NCBI RefSeq assembly: GCF_009914755.1
Contig: NC_060942.1
Reading direction: 5' to 3' (one strand)
Origin: the human T2T-CHM13v2.0 reference genome, Homo sapiens
DNA length: 64,000 bases
The notes beneath the pieces are model-generated. The model was given only the letters and a program-made list of their open reading frames with translations. It was not told the origin of the DNA and made no database searches. Positions within the stretch are counted from its first letter, which is position 1. Each line of letters starts with the position of its first letter. The translations under genes were made by a program, and so were the position numbers. Shown here piece by piece: positions 26,780 to 40,095 of the stretch.

Positions 26780-27650
26780 ATGTTGACAGCTATTAGATAC
26801 AGTCTCTGCCAGGATCTCTCCTCTCCACTATAAACCCGTATCTTCGCCTGCCTATTAGACATTCCTACCTGGGTTTCCACAAAGCTCTCAAACTTACCTT
26901 GAATTCTATCTGGAAATGTTTTATCCTGCTCCTCCTTCCAGCCTCAGGGGAATGGGTCATCCCTGGGGCCAGCTGCCTGAAGCCAGACCTGGGGTCAACA
27001 CCATTCCCTCCTGTCCCTCACTTTCCAAGCCCAATCCCTCTGTTCTAGTCCCTCAAATCTACCCGCTCTCTCCGGCCCCATGCCAGCTCAGGCCACCTTA
27101 TCTCTCGCTGGGATCAAGCTAAGCGCCTCCAAAGACCTGCTTCTGCTGCCGGGAACCACTAAGCCCATTCTCAGTAGCGTGTGACCTGCTCATTCTTCTC
27201 AAGCTACAACTCTGACGGTGTCAGCCCTGCCTAGGGCTCTCTATCCCCTGTGGGAAGAAATTCAGAGTCTCAACAAGGAGACCTGGTGCTCTCTAGACCC
27301 CAGGCCCGAGCCTCTGCCCACCCACTCTGGCTCTCCCTCCGTGAGCTGACCCCCACCCAGTTCCTCCAGTGGAATGTGTTCCTCCACTCCGGGCCTTCCA
27401 CGTGCTGAGCTCTTTAGGGACGCCCATCCCTCCGCCCCTCCATAGTCTTCCAAGCGCCTCCAGCCTCAATGACAGGGCCCTTCCCACGTCACAGCGCTGC
27501 CTTGCTCTGCCCTACTTCCTGTCTAAGCCACCCATGGACCTTTTGAACCAGAGAAGCAGGAAAAATGGTTATCTTGTCGCCCCAGTATCCTGCACAGGCC
27601 TGGCACGCAGTGGGTGGTCAATAAATATTGTTAGTAAGTGAATAAATTAT
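26780..27650 (+). mobile_element. L2 LINE 3' portion
   Basis: Ends with the L2 terminus gcacaggcctggcacgcagtgggtggtcaataaatattgttagtaagtgaat. Confidence 0.6.
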
Positions 27651-30339
27651 TATAAAATGGAATTTCCAAATACTGTTTCAATTACATAATGTAGCATCTA
27701 TTATGTATATCTATAAAAGTCCATTGACTTTAAGTGTCACATCAAATAATTTCTGCATGAATACACGGTGTTGCATGATCAAAAAAAACCACAGCCATGA
27801 TCCCTAGCATCTAAAGCCCACAGGAAAAGAATCCGATTTAAATATTAATGAATGTTAGCAAAGCACGCTAAACATGAAAAAGAACATGGCTGGTAAGTAT
27901 GAATCACATTCTAGACATACATAACTACAGAATGTTTTCTATAATCTATAAGGTATCTTAAATTTAACACAGCTATTGTGGTTTCTGTAAACAATGAGAA
28001 TTATAGGATAAGAACAAGGAACCCTAGGATTTAAACCTCTACCTATTACTGATGTGTTTTGCAATTATCCTACCCAACAAATCTCTATAGGAATGCTTAT
28101 AGTTCCAAAGTACGTTAAGGAAAATGGAATTTCCTTAGAGAACTCTGCAGAGCATTCAGTGATAAATCACCAAAAGCTACTTTAAATGTAATGAAAGACA
28201 AAAAGTACCATCAGAGGCCATGAGCTCAGATATGGAATTTAACAAACCAACTGCCACAGCAGGAGACGCATACAAATCTAGCTCAGTTTTAATGCCAGGC
28301 CTGAACTGCCACTGTCCTATGAATGAAAGGAAAGCTCACCCACCGAGATCTTCACACCAACAGTTAATACACAGGCTAAGTCTGAAAGCCACATTCACTC
28401 AGACCACAATATTGAGTTACTGTAAACTTGAAACTAAGAGGATAGTTGGTATGAAGTATAAAATAACAATATTTTAGTCTAGAGAGACAAAGAGAACAAT
28501 ATAAGTACATCTTTTCTATATCAGAATCAAGAATGAGTAACAATTATTATATTGTTACTCATATAATAAAATTATTATAAACAACTGGTTATGCTGGGGC
28601 ATAACCAATAAGTAACACAGACATTATTTAAAATAGTCTAAATGATTTGCTTTTTGATCTCCTATTTCTCCCTGGGACAAGAGTTTTTCAAAGAGGCTTA
28701 GGTAGAATTAATAGGCAGCAAATAAACTGACATGCATTCCTGAAGAATCTCACCAACTTGTTCCTAGATCCACCTGGCCTGGCTTCCCGCCCCTGTCAAA
28801 CATTCCTACCCAAAAGCCAGGTCTTTGGTGGGTTGAACGGGTCACCTGTGTAAGCAGGAACACTTGGCACTCACTCCAGTTGTAACATCAACTTGTAATT
28901 CTCAATTACGGCATGACCTTGCTCTTACTACATCCCACAAACACATCACGGTGACTGTTTGTGGCAAGAGGGTTTTATTTCTGTTAAAAAGGACAATGCT
29001 TCCTAACTGCAGTGGAGGTCATACACTTGGAAATCTTTTCATTCCATTTTCAGCAAGATGTTTTACTTACTTATTTCGTAAGTTGTCATAGTATTGGGTA
29101 ACTATGGGTTTTATTAAGAAAGGCAGAAACTAATTATTTAAAACCTGTAATAAATGGCAAGGGTTTTTGTCAACAATACATGAAGCAAAGGCCTTTAACA
29201 ATACACAGAAATTCCAACAAGGCAAAAAAAACAAAAACAAAAACAAAAACCGAAATCCCTCATCAGGTAATGTCAATTCTACATCCAGCCCAGCTCAATC
29301 ACTAATTAGCAGTGGGTCCTTGGTGAAGCCATTTCATGCCTCTTATCTTTTTCCTCTAGAAATAAACTAGAACGATTCTCGAGTTCCTTTGAGACCTCAC
29401 TAGATCATAGAGTCTTGAGATCCCTTGGAGGTCTTAACTGCCCTCATCCTCACCAGCAACCAGGAATCCCACAGACAATTAGATATTTCAGCGCAGGGAC
29501 ACAAACTGAATTCCACCACCCAGACACGGCTTGACTCTCATGGCAAAGAAACTCTTTCCTCAATGACAAAGGGGAGAGTTTGTCTTTGGAGAAAGCCAGA
29601 ATGTTACTTAGAGAATGCTTGTGCAACACAGGTGTGACGTCCTCCAGGAGGGCAAAATGGGAGAGCAATGAAAATACATACTCTCAGCCTGAGAGAATGC
29701 AAGAGACCCGCTGCGGGCTGTGGGTGCCTCTCTACTTTAGAGCAGGACTCAGAACCGCGTGCTAGTGCCAGGGTCCCACACACTCAGTGTGTACTGAGTC
29801 ATGCATGTACACAGGTCACGCCTGGATGGTAAGGTGCATCACAGACACAGGCACACAGCTACTTTCAGGCACTCTGGCCTTGCCAGTCGTGTTCGTAATG
29901 CAGAGAAACAAGGCACAAAGCCGCAAGACACCACGCTGGACACGAAACTTTTCTTACGGAATAACACAAAAATAATGTTCTTCAAGGAGGTTAACCACAA
30001 TTTGTTCTCAAGCAAACTCACATCCAAAACCATCTTGGAAAAACTGAGTTTCTAGTGTTTGCAGTCACCGCCAGTCTATCCCGACTTCCTCCTCCCCAAT
30101 ACAACCAACAACCAGCTGTGTGCACCTAGACCCTGCACCACCCGGCTGGGAGGACCTCTGTGCGGGTACTGCCCACAGACGGCCCCGAAGGGTCAGGTTC
30201 CAAGTCAAAGCATATAGGATTATTTACACATCTAGTGAAAAAAACAAAAAGAAGGTCATGCTTCAGTGATGAGCATCATGGTGCACCTTTCCCAGCTACC
30301 GCATCGAAACCCAGACATCCAATTCATCATGAGACCTAC

Positions 30340-30407
30340 TTGTTTGGGGGCGTCTGCGGAGGTGGTATGAACTTCAGAACCCCGAGGCCCATCGGACTCA
30401 AACACCA
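30340..30407 (-). CDS. ZNF516: ZNF516 penultimate coding exon (68 nt), VVFESDGPRGSEVHTTSADAPKQ
   Basis: Acceptor TTGTTCCCACAG|TG and donor CAA|GTAGGT. Phase 1 to phase 0 joins the flanking exons in frame. Confidence 0.92.
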
Positions 30408-31278
30408 CTGTGGGAACAAGGGGTTTGTTAACAGATCAGCGTGTGAGCTTCCGGACGTGCACATTAAATGAGTCCATTACAGATTAAGTACTTCCACAAA
30501 AAAAGACACCAGCGCCTAGCCTGTGGCTGGAAAATACCAATTTACCGTAACACTTACAGTAAGAGACTGTGATAATGGCTGCCTGGGGCCACTGCCCTTT
30601 TTAATTCAGACCTCGCTGCTGAAGAAAGCAATCACTGACAACATTAATTATCGGTGTGTGTGTAAGGGACCCTCTTCTTGCATTACTTACCACTCGGCCT
30701 GTGTCATCTTGCATCAGACCAGCTTCTGTGTGCATCCTTCACACTCCTGATAGAGAACCCCGTCTCCCTGTCTCTCTAATGCCCCTGCGCTGTCCTGACA
30801 GTTTCCAGCCCGATCGGGTGCAAGCTCTCTACATAAGGGCTGAGGGATTTTGCAGTACATCCTGCATGGTCCAAAGGGGCCCGGGTGTATCCCACAGAGT
30901 CCAGTCAGTGCCAGTGAGGACACAAAACCAAGCCTACGCTGTGCTAAAAGGGTGCTTTGATTAAATGTGTGCTGGTGGCAATGCCATTCATTAGCATATT
31001 CATTTCTGAGGAGTCAGTTACTCTCTAATTAAAATGGAACATTTGCAAACAGGCTTATCTCAAATTAAACCACATGGCACATGGACACCAAAAAAACCCA
31101 TTTCAGGTGTGGAGTGGGGGCGGCCTGTATACGATCCCGGAGGCAGATGGCAGGCCCCCCGCCGCCTGGTAGGGGCTGAAATCTCAGTATCTCCCTCGCT
31201 GCGGATGGTCAAGCCACTGACAGAAGAGACCCCTCTTCCTCTGCTCCCCTTGGGGATAGCTGGGCGGGAGGGCGATAC

Positions 31279-31383
31279 CTGAGTGTGCCCGCATGTGGGC
31301 CCTGAGGTGGCCGGGCTGGTGGAAGCTCTTTCCGCACTCGATGCAGACGAACTCTCCTGGCCGGGCCTGCGTCCGGAGTGTCC
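31279..31383 (-). CDS. ZNF516: ZNF516 coding exon (105 nt, phase 1-1) encoding the C-terminal C2H2 zinc finger FVCIECGKSFHQPGHLRAHMRAH
   Basis: Acceptor CCACCGCAG|GG and donor TCAG|GTATCG. Textbook C2H2 finger in frame with the neighbouring exons; this frame is not called in the ORF track. Confidence 0.95.
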
Positions 31384-32668
31384 CTGCGGTGGCGAGGTGG
31401 TGGTGGTGGCAGGGCCGTGGTGGGGTTGGCGTGGAGGTGAGGAGGCAGGAGAGCGAGGGGGAAGCGAGAGGAAAACATCATTAGTCTGTCTAATGTGTCA
31501 TCATGTGAGGCTCCCTTCAGGCCCTGGTGACAACTGTCAGCCTTCATCTCGGCTCTGCTGACAGGCCAGGCACTCTCAGGACTGCAAGGATGCATAAATT
31601 ACAGCGAATTAAAAACCACTCCCCGGGACAGGAGGTGCCCGCCAGGCAGCACGTCGGGCTGTGCAGCTCCGAGCAACTGCAGGCTGGGCACAGCCATCAC
31701 CCGGCTCTGTCAAGCAGCACATCCAGCAAATCAGAGTGACACCGGCGTGACAGAGACGAGGCTCATGGAAAATAGGAAGTGAGCGGGACCAGAGCCCACC
31801 GTGACCCGGCCGCGATCCTGGGAGACCCACGCAGAGTGAGTGCAGCCACAGGGTGGCCCCACCTCTGGCCCTCTCTCCTGCCTGCCTGGGCAGCTCTGAG
31901 GCCCCGGCCCCCAGAAGGGAGGGGACACCTACAACCACCAGGCAGCAGGCCCCCAAGGTGCGTGCACCTGCTGGCCATCGGCAAGGGGGGAAGTCCCCAA
32001 GTCCCACCTTTTCCCCAAAGATCATGCCACATCCCTGCACTCAAAGGCCGGGCTTTGTGTTTCCTTCTGATTCAAAAAGCCACACGACTTTGATTAGAAA
32101 GGGATGCAGAGAGCGTTTATTTGTCTGCACAACTTTTCTCTCTGAAGAAAAGGCTTGATTTCCATGTGCTGGCAGCTCCAAAGAAATTTCTCTGGCTGGG
32201 AGAGTCACTGTTATGCGCAATAGTAACTCAACTCAGTAGGAAAAACAAAAAAAACAGAAATAATAACTAGAAAAAGTTACACCTGTTGCAGTAATTTTTT
32301 AAAACGCTGCTTTATGCAGCTGAGTTTTTATGTATCTAAAGGCTGACACCTGAGTGTGAACAGCAAATGAAGAGAATGACAAAAGGCACCTTAGTCACAC
32401 TGGTTGAAAACAAACCTTCAATATTGTTTCTCTTACCCTAATTCAGAGTAGCTCAATAGGTAAAAACATAAAATCATGCTTACACTATAGATCATGTTTA
32501 TGGAAATAAGAAATGCATGAACTGTGAGGCACATCTTGTCAAATTTCTTATATGACAGATCATTAACATGAATCAGAGAAATTCAACAACTTAGCCACCG
32601 ACTACTCAATATTCCCATTGCCTTACATACACAAAAGGAATAAGAAGAAACATTTCAACCAACACTCA

Positions 32669-32962
<294 letters not shown>

Positions 32963-33179
32963 AATGAAAGAAAGAAAAGAAAGAGGAAAAAGAAAAAGAA
33001 CAGAAGAGAGAAGAAGCAAAGAGAAGAAGAAAAGAGGAGAGAGGAGGGAAGAGGAGGGGAGCGGAGGGGAGGGGAAAGGAGGGGAGACAGGAGAGGAGAA
33101 AAGGGAGGGAGGGAAAGAGAAGGGGAGAAAGAAAAGAAGGAAGTAAAGAAAAGGAAGGAAAGGAAAGAAAGAAAAGAGA
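32963..33179. repeat. ~215-bp polypurine (GA-rich) tract derived from the Alu tail
   Basis: Almost exclusively A/G on +. Confidence 0.9.
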
Positions 33180-35059
33180 TTTTTTAAGCTATTTTGTTCC
33201 CCCATTCATTTGCATTAGAAACACCACCCAGTGGAGCTCCTACGAAATGAATTTCTGAATACTCCGGTTGTCTGGATTTTCCCAGGTACAATCTAGTCTG
33301 CTTCTACAGGTGGAATCTGACCACGCCTACACACAATACTGACTAATGATGACGACATGCAATGTCATCTGTGTCTAACATTCACAACTTTCAAAAACTA
33401 AGTCATTATTCTTTTTTCAAGTAATTATTGTAGCTATTTCCTATCCAAATGAGCAACAGAGAAAACATGGATAGCCCTCCCACTCATCCGTGCTTATTTC
33501 CTTGAAGTAAGGGTGCATGAGCACGCGTGCACACACACACACGCAGGCGTACACGCTCACAAGTGCACGCACACATATGAGTTTCCCACACATCTCACCA
33601 TATCACTTTCTCTTTACTTTTTAAAGACAGGGCACTTGCCCTTATGGCCAATAATATTATGCCCAAGCTACAACATTCCGAGTCAATCACAAAGGTTATA
33701 AACTTCATTTGAACTGAAGACCACCTGGTAAGCACGCAGCTCAAATGTTCTCACCTAGAAATTCAAGTTGTGTTTGGAAAGTGGACTTAACGGTCAAAGA
33801 AAAAGGCCTGGCCAACTTCAGAGAGGGACACCCAGCCCTGCTACGTTGCGTGTCATTATGTGGTGCTGTGCTATCCATAGAGAAAGAGGAGATGAAAAAG
33901 ATTCTACAAAGAGAGATCAAACTGCAAGAAAGCACAAAGCTTTCATCACCACAATATGAAGGCCTCCTTGGTATAAATGACTTTTTTAGGTCCCAATAAG
34001 AAATACCATCTATTCTATCTGGAATTATTTTATTAGCTTCAAATTTTATTCTAAGATTCATACTATCAGATCATCTAGACTGGCCGTAAGGTCTGAAAAC
34101 ACAGATCATGTATTATTTTATTACTGTTGTAGCAATAAGTCATTTATGTTCTATTCCTGTATGTTTATAGACTTGGTAGTCACACTGTACAATGATTACA
34201 GAAAATGCAGTGGGTTTTTCTTCTTAAATGGTCAGGGAGTCCCTAAAGGAGGTAGCAATAGTTCTTTCCTTCCTGTTTGGGTAGAGTTTTTAGACTCTTC
34301 ATATCTACAGAAACATCACCCGAACACATGTGGGGGCGGGGAAGTCTTTGAGACTTCCGTTTCCTAACTTCTGAATAAAACCTGTCTTAGAAGCATCCTC
34401 CAATAGCAACATTCTCTGTATAAATGGAACATGTCCACTGCAAAATCACAGAATCACACTTCTAGCACCCACAACTATTGCATGTACACGTGAGATGACT
34501 TCCTATTCTCTGAGACCATTCTCCTCTGCATATTTCTACCTCCCCAAACTACAAAATGATGCTACAGCAATAGGGGTAATCAATGACCACTCACAGGGAA
34601 GTTGTGATCTTTACAGCTGCAGACGACACCCACCTAGCAGACACGTAACAAACACATGCGGTGAGAAGAGAAGACCAGAAAGTAGAGATACACTTGTATA
34701 ATAAGACACGTCAAAAAGATCAATTTGACCAAGGAAGGAATGAAACAAGATTCTAGACTCATGACTCAAAAATCAACTACAGGTACACCACAAAAAAGAA
34801 ACAGCTGAACAGAAACAAGTGGAAGAAAAAAGCCCTAAGAAAGTGTAGTTACTCCAGTATTCAGCAACACTCAAAAAAGGAAATCCAGGCTGCACAGATT
34901 TCCTGGACTGCGGTAACAGAAATCGAGTCTCTGTAACAGGAAACATGAGTGTTCTGTTCACCTTTCCAATAGTCTGACCACACCAAGGCTGCTGGGTTTC
35001 CTTCTGGCTACAACACTTTAAGGGCGTCAAAAACAAACATTCAAGTAAGGAGAAAGGAA

Positions 35060-35835
35060 ATGCGGAAGGTCCCAGAGACCAAATAGAGGATGGATGTGAA
35101 GGTCCTGGACACCAGGTAGAGAGTGGACAGGGAAGGCCCCGGAGAACAGGTAGAAGGATGGACACAGAAGGCCCCAGAGACCAGGTAGAGAGTGGACGTG
35201 AAGGCCCCAGAGACCAGGTAGACAATGGATGGGGAAGGTCCCAGAGACCAGGCAGAGGATGGATGGGTAGGTCCCGGAGACCAGGTAGAGGATGGACAGG
35301 GAAAGCCCTGGATACCAGGTAGAGGATGGACGCAGAAGGTCCTGGAGATCAGGTAGAGGATGGACACACAAGGTCCCGGAGACCAGGGAGAGGATGGACC
35401 CAGAAGGTCCTGGGAGACCTGGGAAGGCCCAAGATGGGAAGGCCCAAGAGACCAGGTAGAGGATGGATGGGAAGGCCCCAAAGACCAGGTAGAGGATGGA
35501 TGGGAAGGGCCAAGAGACCAGGTAGAGGATGGATGGGAAGGCCCAAGAGACCAGGTAGAGGATGGATGGGAAGGCCCCAAAGACCAGGTAGAGGATGTAT
35601 GGGAAGGCCCCGAAGACCAGGTAGAAGATGGACACAGAAGGTCCCAGAGACCAGGTAAAGGATGGACACAGAAGGTCCTGGGGACCAGGTAGAGGATGGA
35701 TGGGAAGGCCCAAGAGACCAGGTAGAGGATGGATGGGAAGGCCCCGAAGACCAGGTAGAAGATGGACACGGAAGGTCCCGGAGACCAGGCAGAGGATAGA
35801 TGGGTAGGCCCAAGAGACCAGGTAGAGGATGGATG
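35060..35835. repeat. 33/34-bp VNTR (GACCAGGTAGAGGATGGATGGGAAGGCCCAAGA), ~23 copies
   Basis: Direct reading; 11-aa periodicity in the overlapping ORFs. Confidence 0.93.
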
Positions 35836-37325
35836 CAGAACACGGATGCTGGGTCCAGGAAAGGCAAGAGGGAAATGTCTGAAGCCTTAAAGAACTATGA
35901 CATAGAAGAGTTCTCAACTTGTTCTGACAGCTTCAACACAGAGACCTGTAGGCAAGGGAAGTTCACCAAAGCTAGGGGCCCAGGAGGTGCCGAGCCCCCT
36001 CACCGGAGGCGTCCCATCTGGAGATGCTCGGCACTTCTCAGGTGCACTGACCAAGTATCTAAACAGGCTGACCTCAGGTACTCTATACCCGGGAAGCCAG
36101 GATCCTAATAATGCACCTACTAACAGGTATATTTTAAGACCAAAAAGGTGAGAGCACTTCCCTTAAGAAACCCAATTTACAGTACACTTAGAAACCCTAA
36201 ATTTGCTGACTCACACTATGTCTCAATGTGTACATTAGAAGAATAAATAACCCAAGATGAGTGCATGTACTTTGTGACTAGTATTTTTCACATATGAAAG
36301 ATAAATATTTAACCTCTCTCTTTCAAAAAAAAAAAAAGACCTTAGAACCATTTATTTTTTAAAATGTCTGTAAGAAAAGGGAAAATACTTCAGACTATTT
36401 TGGACTTCAAATTCTATCATCTAAAATTTCAAAACCTGACCTTAAAACTCACTTCTACTTTCTTAGAAACAGCAACTACGCCACCCACAGGGCAGCTCAA
36501 AAGCCTTTAAAAACTGGGGACGGCACTTTCCAGGTGTGAGCTGGCAGGTTTAGAACCTCGGGTGCACGCAGGCTGGAGGGCATGATTAATTAAAACTATG
36601 AGTCCGGTGGATCAAGTGGGCGTCAAACTCCCCTTGCTCTGCTGGGAGGCGGCCACCGGGGGAAGGACACAGCGGGCCAGGTGCAGCTGGGAACACCCAG
36701 CATCCACAACAGCACAGCCCTCACCACTCAGCCTTCTCTGCTTTGGGTTCCAAGAAAACCCACATCTCCAGAAGTGAGGCTGGCATCACATCAAAAGGCC
36801 ACCAACCAACTTGTTTTCCACTTAGCAGCAAATAATCTACGTGACTGAGAAACCCTGCTGACGCTGAGGGAACTCGCTCACTGTAACTGAACGTGGAAAA
36901 AGTCAAACCATCAATCCACATGGCACTGCGCCGCGCCTCCCACCCACGACAGCCTCCTCAGGTTACACCGTCCACCCAGAGCACATGGGCGGGGAGAAGA
37001 TGAGGATCTAAGACCACGCCTCAGGGACGCCACTCCTGAGTCACACCTCAAGCCAACGTGAATGACGAGACCCTCGGGTGTCCGGGCCTACGGCCTCATC
37101 CTAAAAAGTTCACAAGTGCTCAGCGGGCTCTTCAAAGCAGGAATGTAACAAGGTTGGCTGGAGTAAGGCCTTTGCCAGCAAATCTGTAAGAGGGGCAGCA
37201 GGCCTGTGATGTCTCCTACTGGAAAACACCTTGGGTGGGCATCCCTCATGCCAAGACAGCCCTGCCAGGCCATGGATCTAGGCAGGCTCTGAAACCCCGG
37301 CCTAAGCCAGGAGCTCAGCAGGTGA

Positions 37326-37808
<483 letters not shown>

Positions 37809-38646
37809 ACGACAAACAATTCTATCGAAGAACGGTTAGGACTTCCCAGGCAATGAACTGAGAGACTCTGTTTTGTTTTGATTTTTAACAGAACTTAGGT
37901 TTGTGTTCTGGACGTTAAGTGAGAGTGACCTTCAATTATGTTCCAGAACGGGGCACCGCATGCAGTGCGCATGCCGGAGGAGCAGGAGGAAAGCTAGCAA
38001 CTGCTTCTCAGTGTTACTATCAGATAGCAATACTAAGGCAGAAGGAGAAGGGAAGATAACCTTTTCCAAGTATTTTTTTCAGGAATTTTTGCACAAATCC
38101 CATTCTCCAGACTTTATATGGTACATCGATCCTCTGCAAAGCTTTGCTTACTAATATTAGAGGACTAATTAGGTGTTTTTTTAATTACAGATGAATAAAA
38201 ATAAAACTTAATACATTAAATGAATATTCTTGTCTTTTGAGAGACAGGACAATGAACATCTACGGATTCTGTTTAAAATGACAAACACGTGAAGTGCAAT
38301 CACGTCGGCCTGCTCCTGCGGAATGTCGGTGTGGAGGAAACGTCCTCTCAGCAGGAAGGAAGCCGTGCAGGGCTTGCGACCTCCTCCCAGGGCCAACGTG
38401 CAGAGGGCCACCAACCCCAGGCAGGCATTCCCCGGCAGGGCAGAATGTGGAGCCTGGGAGAGCTGTTCCCATCTGCTGTGCTCCTCGGCCAGGGCAAGGG
38501 AGCAGCTCTCAGCTCAGCAGTGGGATGGGGCCGGCTGGCTCTGTCCTCAGGGACATGGACAGGCAGGTGCGCAGCAGCCCTGGCCCTCCGGGGGTGGTTC
38601 TGGGGGTCACATGTGGCCTGGGGAAGAGAGGGCCCGCACATCTTAC

Positions 38647-40095
38647 CTCTGTGCTCCAACCCAGGGCCGCTGACACCCCATCCCTGGTAGAGGGTCGCAA
38701 AGTCCTTTGGAATGTACGTCTTAAAGATGTTGAGGATGTCCAGGCGCTTCTCATGCCCCTCGGCCACCGGCTCCTGTTTGATGGAGTGTAGGACGGGGGG
38801 CGCCCCAGCCACGCCGGGCTGGGCCTGCAAGGCCGCGTCGCCCCTGGACCCCGCAGCACAGGTGGCCAGAGTCCTCAGCTCCTGGGCTGCCTTCGAGGGG
38901 GGCTCGCGGGGAGGTAGAGGAGGAGCGCCCCCTTCGCCCTTTGCAGGAGGTGGACCCTGAGGCTGAGCACTGAATTTGGCTTTCAGGGAGTCCGGGGCAC
39001 TGTGCTTATTTGTGGGGGCAAAGCCAGCCCCCGCTGGGGGGACCCCAAACTTCTCCACAGGCTTGCTATTGGCCGAGGGCTGCGCGCCAGCCCGGGCGAT
39101 GACGGTGGGCGTAGGGGTGGCGCTCCTGCTGAAGCCCCCGCCACCCGGGGCAGGCACCGGTTTGGAGCTAGCCTCCTGCCTGGGCTTGGCCAGGGGCCCC
39201 TGTGTGGCCGCGCCATGTGGCTCCTGGCCGTGACAAGGTTTGGTCTGTCGATACCCGTCAGGGCCGGGCGCCCACAGAGCGCAGGGACCTCCGGAATGGC
39301 TCTCCTTATTCTTAGGCATGCTAGCGGCTTTTGTGACCACTCCCAGGGGAGAAGAGCCACTTTTGGACCCCGGCATCCCCCCTGGCACCTGAGTGCGGGT
39401 GAACCGAGCAAGGAGCAAAGGCTGGCATTCTTTGCCACCGAGGGCAGGCGGGGGGCCCGTGCGTCCGCTCCGGGAAAGGAAAACCAAATTGCTTCTGATG
39501 CTTTTGTAACCATTGGGCTGAATCCACGGGGGAGCCACGGAGTTGCAGCTGACGCGGTGCCAGATGCGTTTGTGCATCCACAGGACCTCGGGGTAGTAGG
39601 TCTTGTGGCTGCAGTAAGGACACGGGTGAACGACTAAAGCCGCCTGCAGGGAGGAGGCCGTCTCCTTATTGCTGGGGTCATCCCGCGTCGACCTCGCACT
39701 TAAATCTAGCGGCATGAGGTCTGGGGCCAGCGCCCGCTTCCCTCCCCCAGAGTGTTCCTTGTTGTGCAAATCGGACAGCTTTTCTGCAGGGTGACCCGTC
39801 TGGCCCTCCGCTCCCGTACTGGAAGGGAACTCCACACCATCACCAGGGACGGGCACCTCCTGCTTGGGGTGAAATGCTGGCATCTTTAAGTCCATAGAAA
39901 ATCTGTGCTGCTCTTGCCTTCTAGAAGTCTCTCTGCTACTGTTTTCAAGTATGGACACAGAAGCTGCGATCCCTGCCTTGGACTCGCCGGTGTCTCTTTC
40001 CGAGGCGTTATCTCCCATCTTGTGACTCTGGTCTCCACTGGAGAGCTCGGTCGAAGTCACCTCTTCGGAAAAGCAGCAGCGGCGCGGCTGTCCCC
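38647..40095 (-). CDS. ZNF516: ZNF516 large internal coding exon (1449 nt, phase 1-1) with PLDLS and RRT-type CtBP-binding motifs, one C2H2 finger and an IKQE SUMO consensus
   Basis: Lies inside the 651-aa ORF 38348..40303. Acceptor TTTTGCCTCCTCTAG|GG at 40096/40095; donor AGAG|GTAAGA at 38647/38646. PLDLS 39698-39712, GRTGPPPAL 39440-39466, CPYC...HKRIWH 39557-39622, IKQE 38771-38782. Confidence 0.96.

Noticed and set aside
35027-35917. 242-296-aa repetitive ORFs on the ZNF516 strand
   Set aside because: They are open in several frames on both strands because the VNTR unit lacks stops, and there is no convincing exon definition.
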